A stretch of DNA of 64,000 bases, from IMG/VR virus record IMGVR_UViG_3300027850_000003, positions 32,001-96,000 of that record. The stretch is one strand, 5' to 3'. Below the pieces are notes generated by a model that had not been told where the DNA came from, made no database searches, and saw only the letters and a program-made list of their open reading frames with translations. Position numbers and translations under genes: made by a program. Numbering within the stretch: position 1 is the first letter of the stretch; every line of letters starts with the position of its first letter. The stretch comes from a virus. Shown in pieces: positions 49,666 through 59,213 of this stretch.

Positions 49666-50013
49666 ATGATTCAATTTACATATATGGGTGAGTTTTCTAC
49701 TGCTAACTTTGGTAAAGATAGTAATCAAAAGAAATGGGATGATGATGATTATGTAACTATGGATTTCAAAGGTAAAGGTGGAGTAGGAAAAAAGAGATTA
49801 AAAGTAGTACCTAATATAAAGACAGATATGGTATTAACTGGTGGTTTATTTGGAGGTCTTGGCGCACTAACACAAGCTAATAAAGGATGGAAACGTAAAC
49901 TAGCAGGAGGTCTTATCGGTACTGTAGCAGGTGCAGGTGGAGCCTATTTAGGTAGAAAAAGAATGAGAGATATAGATGGGCGTTCTGATAAAGGTAAAAA
50001 GAGAATGAAATAA
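49666..50013 (+). CDS. basic glycine-zipper protein
   Basis: TANF..., Gly-rich helices, GRSDKGKKR. Confidence 0.7.
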   Translation: MIQFTYMGEFSTANFGKDSNQKKWDDDDYVTMDFKGKGGVGKKRLKVVPNIKTDMVLTGGLFGGLGALTQANKGWKRKLAGGLIGTVAGAGGAYLGRKRMRDIDGRSDKGKKRMK

Positions 50014-50014
50014 T

Positions 50015-50539
50015 ATGGAAACTGAATCTTATAAAAACAATTCAAAGAAAGTAGATAAAATATTTAATTGGCAAACTGACCATCAAGGAACTATAAGGAA
50101 TAATACTTGCCACTTAGAGATATATTCTCCTCTATATGATTTTGATGTTACCTCTCAACGAATAAAGGAAAAACGAAGATATCTTAATAGTAAAGAATAT
50201 GAATTAGTTATTTGCAATGACTTTAATGATCATGTATCAGGTTCAATATCTACTGAACTCTATCCCTTAGTATCAAAAGTAGTTGCTGATAATATCTTAT
50301 TAATTCCTCATACTATTTGGATTAACAGATATGAGGAACATCATGAAGGTCTATTTACATTTGAATACTCTATCTCTCTAGTAGATATTGATAATAACTA
50401 TATAGGAAATCAAAGTTTTACTTATTACTCTATATGGCAAAATGAGTTAGATTATTTAATTACTGGGAATCCTGTAGAGCTTAGACAAGTATGTTCCTCT
50501 GGTTGGAATAAGCTATACGAGAGATGGAAAAATAAATGA
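50015..50539 (+). CDS. hypothetical virion protein (possible head closure)
   Basis: Position in the neck region. Confidence 0.5.
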   Translation: METESYKNNSKKVDKIFNWQTDHQGTIRNNTCHLEIYSPLYDFDVTSQRIKEKRRYLNSKEYELVICNDFNDHVSGSISTELYPLVSKVVADNILLIPHTIWINRYEEHHEGLFTFEYSISLVDIDNNYIGNQSFTYYSIWQNELDYLITGNPVELRQVCSSGWNKLYERWKNK

Positions 50540-50626
50540 TTCCTAAAGTGAATAATACTAAATATCTAGTCTTATTTAATTTAGTATAAAGATAAAGTAT
50601 AAAAATAATAATATCAATTTTCAATT

Positions 50627-51457
50627 ATGGCAGATAATAAAAGTCCGTTACAAGCTACTAATCTTCTCAGGTTTTTTACTGGGGAATTAGTTACATCTCC
50701 TCTAAATAATAATCTATTTATTGGTCTATCTACTACTCTTCCTACTGCTGCTGGTGGTAACTTTACTGAGCCTGCACCATCTACTGGTTATGCAAAAGTA
50801 CAGTATCCAACTGGGGTATCTTATTTCTCTGAGCCAGTTAATCGTACTTGTTTTAACCAACAACTTATTCGATTTAATGACGCTTTAACTCAGTATCCTA
50901 CTATTGTTGCTATTGGTCTATTTGATCAATCCTCAGATACTGTACCTATTTACTTTGGACATATCGATCAAGGAATGAGTATTGAAATAGGAGATGCGCT
51001 ATATTTCCCCCCTGGTAAAGTTATCGTTAAAGAAACTCAGTCTACCTTTGTTAAGTCAGATTTTCTAGCTCACTCTCAGTTGAAGTTATTGAGAAATGAA
51101 ACATTTGAGACTCCTGCTGAAGTATTTTTAGCTCTAGGTACTAAGACTCCTACTAATAATGGAGATATTGGTGAACTTGTAGCATCTAACTCACCTGGTT
51201 ATATTCGAGTTCCTATTCCTTGTAATTCTACTAACTGGCAGATTATAGGTAGACAAGCTAGAAATTTAATGGAAATTATTTATCCTGCTGCTAACAACGC
51301 ACCTTGGGAACCTATTAAATCTTTTGCATTACATAGAAGTGCTACTGGTGTTGGTAATATGCTTTACTGTGGAGCATTCGGCCCTAACAATACTAAAGTA
51401 ATTAACTCTTTAGATATTGCTAGAGTTCCTATTAGTGCAATTACTGTCACTGAGTAA
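50627..51457 (+). CDS. virion structural/tail-fibre-associated protein with duplicated domain
   Basis: F(I/L)(G/A)L.T..P....E....GY..V....N...I.(F/Y) occurs twice. Confidence 0.7.
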   Translation: MADNKSPLQATNLLRFFTGELVTSPLNNNLFIGLSTTLPTAAGGNFTEPAPSTGYAKVQYPTGVSYFSEPVNRTCFNQQLIRFNDALTQYPTIVAIGLFDQSSDTVPIYFGHIDQGMSIEIGDALYFPPGKVIVKETQSTFVKSDFLAHSQLKLLRNETFETPAEVFLALGTKTPTNNGDIGELVASNSPGYIRVPIPCNSTNWQIIGRQARNLMEIIYPAANNAPWEPIKSFALHRSATGVGNMLYCGAFGPNNTKVINSLDIARVPISAITVTE

Positions 51458-51469
51458 AGGAGTAATTAA

Positions 51470-52378
51470 ATGACTGATTACGCATTACAAGCTACTATTT
51501 ATACTGATAATTCTAAAATGGAGATATCAGATATGAGTTATGACAGAGCAGGAGTAGCGACTATAGAGACAGATAGTAGTGAAATGAGTATTAGTGATGT
51601 AAAATATACTAGAGCAATGACTGCTAATATCTATACTGATAAGAGTAAAATTGAAGCTATTCTTACTAAGCTTACTGCTTATATCTCTACTATTTATACC
51701 GACAAGAGTTCTATCACTCTAAGACTACAAAAGGATACTGCTTCATCTGCTAGCATTAATATCCCTGAAGCTAAAACTAATATTTTTTTAACTGCTTTAC
51801 GATATACTCAAGCTACTATTTCTTCTGGTTTTGATACTGGAATGAAAATAATTATGAAGGTTGATAGAGCATTAAGTAGTGTAATGGAAGTTGATAGCTC
51901 TTCTTTTAATATTAGTACCTTAGAAAGAGATATTCTTACTGAAGCTCCTACTGGTCAAACTTACGTGATTATTAAAGGAGTAGATGTATCTCTTAATGGT
52001 TACTCGTTAGCTAGAAACTCAGTTCATGCTATCAATATTCTAATTTATGGGAATAGATTAACTAGAGAAGGAACTCATTTAGAATTTATAGTTAAACGAA
52101 ATATTTCTGACCCTGATGATAGTGCAGTAATTTATAACACTACTATCAATGGACAAGGGATTAAGTTTATCCAAGTGATAAATATTCCTGAAACTACTCT
52201 TAAAGAATACAAAGCTCAAATTCAATTGAAAGAGTCTGATTTCTATCTAATCAGTCAACAAAGACCTATTAAACTATACTATGAAGTCCGAGTAATTGAT
52301 TCATTAGATGGTCGTTATCCTCCAGTAGAAGCAGGTTATTTTAATCTCACTACTACCCTAATTGAAAATAGATTCTAG
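51470..52378 (+). CDS. virion structural protein with N-terminal TIYTD repeats
   Basis: Four ATI(Y/E)TD.S repeats; C-terminal BppU-like beta domain. Confidence 0.6.
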   Translation: MTDYALQATIYTDNSKMEISDMSYDRAGVATIETDSSEMSISDVKYTRAMTANIYTDKSKIEAILTKLTAYISTIYTDKSSITLRLQKDTASSASINIPEAKTNIFLTALRYTQATISSGFDTGMKIIMKVDRALSSVMEVDSSSFNISTLERDILTEAPTGQTYVIIKGVDVSLNGYSLARNSVHAINILIYGNRLTREGTHLEFIVKRNISDPDDSAVIYNTTINGQGIKFIQVINIPETTLKEYKAQIQLKESDFYLISQQRPIKLYYEVRVIDSLDGRYPPVEAGYFNLTTTLIENRF

Positions 52379-52404
52379 GATGAAAATATCTTAAGGTAAT
52401 TATC

Positions 52405-52989
52405 ATGGTAACTCTTTCAGCAGATTTTTCTGGGATGGATGGATTAAGTAAAAAGTTCCAAAACGCATTGAAAAGAAGAAAAGACCTAACTCCTCTTGAA
52501 TTAGGTATTAAAGAAGTCTTAGTAGAAGATGTTAAATTACGTTTCGCTACTGCTCCTCTAACTAACAAAGGGGGAATAGCTCATGGGAACGTTTATTGGA
52601 GTGCAATGTCTCCTAATTGGTTGGCTACTCATCCTGAAAGAATGGGAAAACCATTACTAACAGATACTAAGAAACTGCTTAACTCTTTAATTGTTGGGAA
52701 CGACGACTCAATCTTCAGTATTAATAGAGAGGGGTTTGAATTTGGTACTAAAGTTAAATATGCTAAAGATCATCAACCAGACTCTATTGGTACTTCTATC
52801 CCTTTATCTCTGCTACAAGATGAAAGAGTTTCTACCATGTTCAGAAACGAAGGGAAGCTACCTCCTAGACCTTTTCTATTTATTCATGAGTCTCTTAATA
52901 CTGAGTTAGTAGACGTTATCTCAGAGTTTATATTAACTGGGGAAACACATATTAGAACTAAATCTGATGTTAAGGAGATGAAAGAATAA
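52405..52989 (+). CDS. virion morphogenesis/tail completion protein (Mu gpG-like)
   Basis: RF.T.P...W..MS, LTDTKKLLNS, GTKVKYAKDHQ and LPPRPFL. Confidence 0.85.
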   Translation: MVTLSADFSGMDGLSKKFQNALKRRKDLTPLELGIKEVLVEDVKLRFATAPLTNKGGIAHGNVYWSAMSPNWLATHPERMGKPLLTDTKKLLNSLIVGNDDSIFSINREGFEFGTKVKYAKDHQPDSIGTSIPLSLLQDERVSTMFRNEGKLPPRPFLFIHESLNTELVDVISEFILTGETHIRTKSDVKEMKE

Positions 52990-53537
52990 TGGAAAACTCA
53001 CTATCTCCTAGAGTAATTGAGAAGTTAATAGAGAAAGAGAATTTAGGTAGTACACAAAAATATTCTGCTAATTTAGTTATTACTCCTAACTTAGATGAAT
53101 CAGTTGACTATATAGCTAGATATCTTTTTGAACATATCAATAAAGACTTCTTCTCTTATATAGAGGAAAACCCAGGACTTAGAAGTAGCTTAGGAGAAAT
53201 AGCTGTTAGGAGTTATAGGACTTATGACGCTTATCAAGTATCTACTCCAGAATACCCTCTACTTAAGGTTTACCGAGTATCTGATAATTGGAAACCTCAA
53301 AAGTTACTAAGAACTTCTTCTATATCTATCTCTTACTCGTTAGTTCTTCCTCAACAAGAAAGGCTAATGTCTCTACTTAACTGGATTAGTTATGAAATTA
53401 GAAAACATCTCTTAAGCCCTAGTTTCAAAGTAAAGATTCTAGAAGATGGAGTTAGAACTCAGTATAGAACAATGATTAATGAGGTAGGACAAGCTATCCA
53501 CTCCTTCTTAAGAGTAGATATAACTATCATAGACTAG
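52989..53537 (+). CDS. probable tail terminator
   Basis: Synteny; YPLLKVYR. Confidence 0.55.
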   Translation: MENSLSPRVIEKLIEKENLGSTQKYSANLVITPNLDESVDYIARYLFEHINKDFFSYIEENPGLRSSLGEIAVRSYRTYDAYQVSTPEYPLLKVYRVSDNWKPQKLLRTSSISISYSLVLPQQERLMSLLNWISYEIRKHLLSPSFKVKILEDGVRTQYRTMINEVGQAIHSFLRVDITIID

Positions 53538-53587
53538 CTCAAAATCTAACCACTAAGACTAAATAATAAATAAATAAATATAAAATA

Positions 53588-53950
53588 ATGGCAATTTCAA
53601 TTAATTTTAATAGACCAAAGCTAGTAACCACATTACCAGAAGTAGTATCTCTTACTGCAACTCTAGCAGAAGATACAGCTAATAATCTTTATGCAATAGA
53701 CGTAAAATACACTGTTACCAAAGACGATGCTACTACTGTTATCAAGGTTCTTAAAAGAATCAAAGTAACTCCTGTATTAGTAGGAACTTCAATGAGACTA
53801 GATTTTGTTGAACTCACTTTTCCTCCTACTGCTATTGAAAATCCGCTTGACGCAGCAGCTATTTCTACCTCTCCTGTTACTAGAGGAGGTTCCCAAATTG
53901 ATTTAGACACCTTCCTTACTGGAACTGGTGATCTAAGAAAGAATACCTAA
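53588..53950 (+). CDS. hypothetical tail protein
   Basis: Synteny. Confidence 0.55.
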   Translation: MAISINFNRPKLVTTLPEVVSLTATLAEDTANNLYAIDVKYTVTKDDATTVIKVLKRIKVTPVLVGTSMRLDFVELTFPPTAIENPLDAAAISTSPVTRGGSQIDLDTFLTGTGDLRKNT

Positions 53951-53985
53951 TAAATAAATAATAAATAATAAAAGAGAAATAATAT

Positions 53986-54747
53986 ATGACAATCGAAAAA
54001 TTTCAATCAACCTTTATTGGTGTTGGTGAATTAAAAATGAGGAGAGTAAAGGATAATCTTGTTTATCACTTGCCTACTCCTATGAATATGGTAGTTGAAC
54101 CTGGAAAGAATGAACGAATTCTTATGGGTAGAAATAAGTTAGGTAGACGAGTAGAGGTTGCCTCCTTCATTGATGCAGAGAACCCTGTACTTAATATCTC
54201 TTATGGGGTAGTTCAACCTGAGTTACTACAATTTAGACTGGGAAATTACTTTGAAACTGTTACTAAGGATCTCTATTTACCTACCTTCTTTGACTTAGCT
54301 AGTGGTGGGACTTTTCCTGCTGTTCAAGCTCCTTCATTAGGTCACTCAGTAATTAACGGAGCAGATGCTATTGCGTCTATTAAACGTCCAGATGGAACCT
54401 CTCAGGCTTTAGTAGAAGGACCAGATTTTACTATTGGTGCTGGTGGACAAGTAACATTCTCTGCTGCTCTAGTAGCTGCTAAAGAGACGGTATCAATGCT
54501 TATTCCTTATAATGTCACTGGACTAGGAATTGGTTCGGAAATGATTGGTAGACATGAAGTAGTAGCCACTATTATTGACTCAGAAGGTTATGTATGGTTC
54601 TTTCATGCACCTAATGCTAAGCCGTCCGCTGCTGGAGGTTCTATTGATTTTAGTGCTGAGTCTTTTGATTTACAACTGAAACTATATAACTCTGGTGGAT
54701 GTCAACCGTTTACTTTGATTAAGAGTTCTGATAAGGTTTCTTGTTAA
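53986..54747 (+). CDS. major tail (tube) protein
   Basis: FIGVGEL N-terminus, beta-rich; upstream of the chaperone and tape measure genes. Confidence 0.7.
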   Translation: MTIEKFQSTFIGVGELKMRRVKDNLVYHLPTPMNMVVEPGKNERILMGRNKLGRRVEVASFIDAENPVLNISYGVVQPELLQFRLGNYFETVTKDLYLPTFFDLASGGTFPAVQAPSLGHSVINGADAIASIKRPDGTSQALVEGPDFTIGAGGQVTFSAALVAAKETVSMLIPYNVTGLGIGSEMIGRHEVVATIIDSEGYVWFFHAPNAKPSAAGGSIDFSAESFDLQLKLYNSGGCQPFTLIKSSDKVSC

Positions 54748-54886
54748 ATTAGTTAAGAGATAAAGAGTTTATTAAGCTCCAACGTCTCTTATCTTACGAA
54801 CGAGACTTTAAATATTTTGCTAGGTTCCTATTTTATTTAGTAGAATAGTGATAAGAGTATTACACGTTTAACTTTTGTACACTTAC

Positions 54887-54916
54887 TAGGGGTTCTGATA
54901 AAGAGCCTCTATTTTT
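54887..54916 (+). terminator. terminator after the tail tube gene
   Basis: TAGGGGTTCT-gataa-AGAGCCTCTA-TTTTT. Confidence 0.6.
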
Positions 54917-54959
54917 ATGTCTTTATTAGGAAGCATTCTTTTCTATTGACATAATTTCT

Positions 54960-55018
54960 CTGACATATTTTATAAAACTTGGAATTCAAATATAGCTATA
55001 TATTTCAACTTTTATGTC
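54960..55018 (+). repeat. left dyad-symmetric 59-bp site of helicase-like gene 2
   Basis: CTGACATATTTTAT..TATTTCA..TTTTATGTC; ungapped match to 56905-56963. Confidence 0.85.
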
Positions 55019-55088
55019 AGATATATTTTTTTATCTACTTTGACATATTTATTGAAATTAGTGCTATAATGAATATATTCTATAAAAT

Positions 55089-56876
55089 GTGTCAACTATG
55101 AAATGTCAAATCAACGCACCAATCGAAGCTTTATATGTTAGTAATTTCTTAGATGAGATTCCTAAAGGTATAGTAAATAAAGGAGCTTGTGGAGTAGGAA
55201 TGAGTTCTATTGCTCTTGAAGATAATTATCCTACTATAATAGCTGTTCCTACTATTGAAGTTATTAAAAATAAAACTGCCCAATACCCAAATAACAGAAG
55301 GTTAGAATCTGTATTCGGTTATTACGCAGATATTAAAGAGAAAAATCTAATTCACTATGTTAAGTCTACCACAGTTCCTAAAATCTTAGTTACTTATGAC
55401 TCTTTCCATAGGGTAGCTAAATTAGTAGATAAGAATAAATATCGAGTAGTAGTGGATGAATTCTCTGATTTGTTAGATGCTTATAGCTATAGAGAAAAAG
55501 CTATTGAACATTTACTTACCTCAGTTCAAGAGTTTGATTATGTTAGCTATATCTCAGCTACTCCACTTAAAGAAGAGTATTATCCTGAAGCTCTTAAAAA
55601 CCTTAATGAGTATGAGATAGTTTGGCAAGGTACAGTCAAAATTAAAGTTGAAAGAAAGAAAACTAATAAACCTTATAAAGCTGCTTGTAATATTATCGAC
55701 AGTTATCGAGCTGGAGGGGGAGAAGGATTATTGATGCCTAATGGTCACTATTCAAAAGCTGCTTATTTTTTTGTTAATTCAGTAAATTCAATTGCTAATA
55801 TTCTAGAAGCTTCTGATTTAAATCCAACTGATGCAAGAGTTATTTGTGCTAATAACGAAGTGAATCAAAAAAAGCTAGAAAATTATCCAATAGAAACTGC
55901 TTTAGCTCCTGAGAAGAAGTTCAATTTTATTACTAGCACTGCTTTCAAAGGATGTGACTTTTACTCTGAGACTGGAGTTACTTATATTATTAGTAACACT
56001 TCTAACAGTAATACATTAATCTCGATTGATACGGATGTTAAACAAATAGCGGGTAGAATTCGTAACGCTAATAATCCTTTCAACAATCACATTTATCACA
56101 TTTACAATACTGATAATTCATTACTATCTGCTGAGAATTTTGAGAAATTAGTACAAAAGAAAATAAAAGCTACTAACTCTATTATTTCAATGTTTTATAA
56201 AGGGAACGAAGATGAACGAGCTATTTGGTTAGAGAATTATTATTTGAAAGCTAAATGTAGATTTAGAGATGACGACTATACTTATCTAACTGAAGAAGGA
56301 GATATTATTTTCAATGATTATGCGGTTCTAAATGATAAAAGAAGATGGGAAGTTTCTAGTAATGTTTATCGAGATGGAGTGTCTATTAGACAAGCTTATA
56401 TTGATGCTGGATGTTTTGATATTTCTACTTTCCAAGACTTTGAGAAGATTGAAGATGATGGGTTTCTTAGCAAACTTACTAATGGTAGTTTTAAAGAATA
56501 TTGTCAGAGGTATATCAATAACTCAGATGAAAGACTTTATATTGGGGATAGATTCCCTGTTATTAAAGAAGCTTTTACTAAATTAGGTGAAGCTAGGATG
56601 AAAGCTCTTAGCTATAATGCCCAAAGATTTTTAGCTGAAATGCAAGCTACTTCGGATACTACAAAGAACTACATAATTAAAGAATTAAAAGCGAATCTTA
56701 AAGTAGGGGAGGAATATGTCTTATCTGATATTAAGGGTTTACTCAATAGTCTTTACTATAAAGTAGGAATCAAAAAGAAAGCTAAAGCTACTGAAATTGA
56801 TAATTACCTTGAAGTTGAGAAACGACAGAGACGAGTAAATGGAGTTCTTAAAAACATGATCGTAATCATTAAGTAA
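55089..56876 (+). CDS. SF2 helicase-like protein 2, paralog of 28645-30477
   Basis: ACGVGMS, IAVPT, TYDSF, VDEFS, SATP, FFVNS, FKGCDF and QIAGRIR motifs. Confidence 0.85.
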   Translation: MSTMKCQINAPIEALYVSNFLDEIPKGIVNKGACGVGMSSIALEDNYPTIIAVPTIEVIKNKTAQYPNNRRLESVFGYYADIKEKNLIHYVKSTTVPKILVTYDSFHRVAKLVDKNKYRVVVDEFSDLLDAYSYREKAIEHLLTSVQEFDYVSYISATPLKEEYYPEALKNLNEYEIVWQGTVKIKVERKKTNKPYKAACNIIDSYRAGGGEGLLMPNGHYSKAAYFFVNSVNSIANILEASDLNPTDARVICANNEVNQKKLENYPIETALAPEKKFNFITSTAFKGCDFYSETGVTYIISNTSNSNTLISIDTDVKQIAGRIRNANNPFNNHIYHIYNTDNSLLSAENFEKLVQKKIKATNSIISMFYKGNEDERAIWLENYYLKAKCRFRDDDYTYLTEEGDIIFNDYAVLNDKRRWEVSSNVYRDGVSIRQAYIDAGCFDISTFQDFEKIEDDGFLSKLTNGSFKEYCQRYINNSDERLYIGDRFPVIKEAFTKLGEARMKALSYNAQRFLAEMQATSDTTKNYIIKELKANLKVGEEYVLSDIKGLLNSLYYKVGIKKKAKATEIDNYLEVEKRQRRVNGVLKNMIVIIK

Positions 56877-56904
56877 ATTAGTAGAGGAGCCTTAAAACTC
56901 CTCA

Positions 56905-56963
56905 CTGACATATTTTATTAAATCTCTATATCATATTAAGGTAAATATTTCATTTTTTATGTC
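56905..56963 (+). repeat. right dyad-symmetric 59-bp site of helicase-like gene 2
   Basis: Direct repeat of 54960-55018 with identical arm spacing. Confidence 0.85.
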
Positions 56964-56974
56964 TTTGAGATAGT

Positions 56975-57169
56975 GAAGTTAAAAAATTATTTAGTGGGAA
57001 ATCTGGTTTTTACTTATCTAAGGATATAAAAATTATACTGAGTTATCTTTATAAAAATTTAGGAGTGGATAAGAAAGCTAAAGCTAATGATATAGAACCT
57101 GTTTTAAACGTTAAAGCTACTGCAAAAAAGATAAATAAAAAGACTGTAGTAGGTTACGAGTTGATATAG
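56975..57169 (+). pseudogene. frameshifted remnant of the shared C-terminal domain
   Basis: GFYLSKDIK / LYKNLGVDKKAKANDIEPVLNVKATAKKINKKTVVGYELI*. Confidence 0.7.
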
Positions 57170-57355
57170 AAGTAACCTCTATTTTATATCTATCTTTAAT
57201 TTATAGAATGACTTATTCCCTTTTATTTTAAAAGCTATCCTATTCTTAGGAAAGTTAGAAGAAAAAAGGGGATTAATGTCAATAGTACCAAAACATAATG
57301 TTGATAAAATGTTTCAATCATGAGGTAATTGAGTTATTCTTCAATTAAATTAAAA

Positions 57356-57429
57356 TGACCCTGGTAGAAGTCGAATCTACAACATCCAAATTAGAAGTTT
57401 GGTACTCTGTCCAGTTGAGTTACAGGATC
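57356..57429 (-). tRNA. tRNA-Arg(UCU)
   Basis: Full cloverleaf: GAUCCUG/CAGGGUC, D-arm ACUC/GAGU, CCAAA-CUUCUAA-UUUGG, GUAGA-UUCGACU-UCUAC; CCA not encoded. Confidence 0.95.
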
Positions 57430-57655
57430 GTTATTAAATACTAACATATTATTGAGGTAACTAGATTATTCTAATTACCTCTTTTTATTATCTCTTACTT
57501 ATTAGTATCTTTTTTAGGTTTTTCAGGAATATAAACTTTTATACTTACTTTTTTTCCTTTGTCATCTTCAGTAATCCACTCAGCATCTGGCTTTTGATCA
57601 TTCATAGTTTTTGTCTCTTTATTATACTTTTATTATACTTCTTCTAAACGAGTTC

Positions 57656-58141
57656 TTACGAGTTAAATTTTCCGCCGTTAATATCCTCCATAATAGAAAG
57701 ATAACTACTTAAATTATCTTTAGGAGTAATAGTAGTAGTACCAGTAAACTCTTTTCCATTGAACCAGAAATAAGGAATTCTTAACTTCTCAACAAACTCC
57801 ATTTCTTTTTTAGTTGAGTAACCAATATAATTAGTCTCATCTGTCACTATTACTGCTGCGTTAGACTGATATATTTTATAGTAGTGAAGCATTTTTACTT
57901 GATCATAGTCTCTTGTTAAAGTATCAGTACCATATAAATCAAAGGAATGACCCCAACTCCCACACATAGTTATTATCCAATTTTTAAAAGTAAGTAGCTT
58001 GTTAACTCTCATAGCTTGGAAGAAGTATTTAGTAGAACCACACAATACTACGTTCCCTGAGCCTTGAGTAAAGAATTCATCGGAGGTATAGTTAGTCATA
58101 TTCTTCAGTCCTATTGAGTACAAAACGAGGTTAAATAACAT
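57656..58141 (-). CDS. nucleoside deoxyribosyltransferase-like (DUF4406-type) protein
   Basis: VVLCGSTKY, LHYYKI..S..V and YIGYSTKKEM; real start probably MTNYT. Confidence 0.6.
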   Translation of the reverse strand: MLFNLVLYSIGLKNMTNYTSDEFFTQGSGNVVLCGSTKYFFQAMRVNKLLTFKNWIITMCGSWGHSFDLYGTDTLTRDYDQVKMLHYYKIYQSNAAVIVTDETNYIGYSTKKEMEFVEKLRIPYFWFNGKEFTGTTTITPKDNLSSYLSIMEDINGGKFNS

Positions 58142-58190
58142 TCTAACATGATAGAGTATAATTAAGTAGTAAAAGTAAACGATAAATAGT

Positions 58191-58274
58191 ATGCATCAAA
58201 GAATATGTAGTTGGAGTAATAGTGCTGGATTTGCTAGAAAACTAAGAAGTGATAAAGGAAGAAAAAGAAAATGA
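58191..58274 (+). CDS. 27-aa basic peptide (not in ORF track)
   Basis: MHQRICSWSNSAGFARKLRSDKGRKRK; shares RSDKG(R/K)KR with 40475 and 49666; ATGA-coupled to the next gene. Confidence 0.55.
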   Translation: MHQRICSWSNSAGFARKLRSDKGRKRK

Positions 58275-58663
58275 ATAGACGTGACTTTCTAAAATTAGGC
58301 TCATCAACAATTAGAAAACAAGCTACTTCCATTCCCTCTGAAATAGCTAAAGTTTCTAAAAATACTGTTGGTAATCTAATGGAATATGACAAAACAGTAA
58401 AAGCAATTAAGACTGACGGTAACAAAGTTATTAATAGAGGTTCTTTTTTAAGTAAAGCTAAGAAAAAAATAAGTTCATTATTAATACGAAACCCTAAAGA
58501 GACTACTTATTTAGCTAAAAAAGGAGCAGGAACTATGTTAAACGCTACTAAAACTGCCTCTAACCCAGTAGGTGCAGCCCTTAAATTAGATGGTAGAAAG
58601 TTAGGTAAAATTGGTAAGTTCCTTAGTAAATTTAGAGCTAATAATAACTTGACGAGGTTTTAA
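58271..58663 (+). CDS. basic protein starting with a twin-arginine-like motif
   Basis: MNRRDFLKLG. Confidence 0.65.
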   Translation: MNRRDFLKLGSSTIRKQATSIPSEIAKVSKNTVGNLMEYDKTVKAIKTDGNKVINRGSFLSKAKKKISSLLIRNPKETTYLAKKGAGTMLNATKTASNPVGAALKLDGRKLGKIGKFLSKFRANNNLTRF

Positions 58664-58772
58664 TATTCTTAGGGTCTAAAAGCTTTTACTATAACACTTA
58701 AGAGAACCAAAAAGAATTAGACTTAATACTTGGAATCAGTTTAAACAGTTCAGTTAAAATATGCGACAAATT

Positions 58773-59213
58773 TCATATCCCTAACTTCTGAGCTGATAAA
58801 TAAGATAGTAAACCGCAAGACCAAGAGAACATAGCAAAATCCATTATTTCTCTTAAGTCTAAATTTAAATCATTAGGGTTAAGAATGAATAATAGATATA
58901 CTAAATATCCACTCCAACATCCTTTACAAAATGGACAAGCTAATAGTTTCTCTAATGTCTTATATAATCCGAACCAATAAATATTAGGTTTCTCATTAGT
59001 AGTATAGACTATGAGATTAGTATTATTACTTTGGGTTTTCTTAGTAGATAGTTCAAATTGTTCTTTTGTCCATAAGAGTAATTTTTGCCATAGTAGTCCA
59101 GTTATCTTATAATCAAATAGTAGAAATCGAGAAGATATAGCATAAAGAAATAATAATGCTATATTATGAGAAGGTAAGTTAAAAGAATAATAATCCATAA
59201 TGAAAAATTTCAA
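58773..59213 (-). CDS. DUF1360-like membrane protein
   Basis: LLACPFCKGCWSG motif and TM segments. Confidence 0.6.
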   Translation of the reverse strand: MKFFIMDYYSFNLPSHNIALLFLYAISSRFLLFDYKITGLLWQKLLLWTKEQFELSTKKTQSNNTNLIVYTTNEKPNIYWFGLYKTLEKLLACPFCKGCWSGYLVYLLFILNPNDLNLDLREIMDFAMFSWSCGLLSYLSAQKLGI

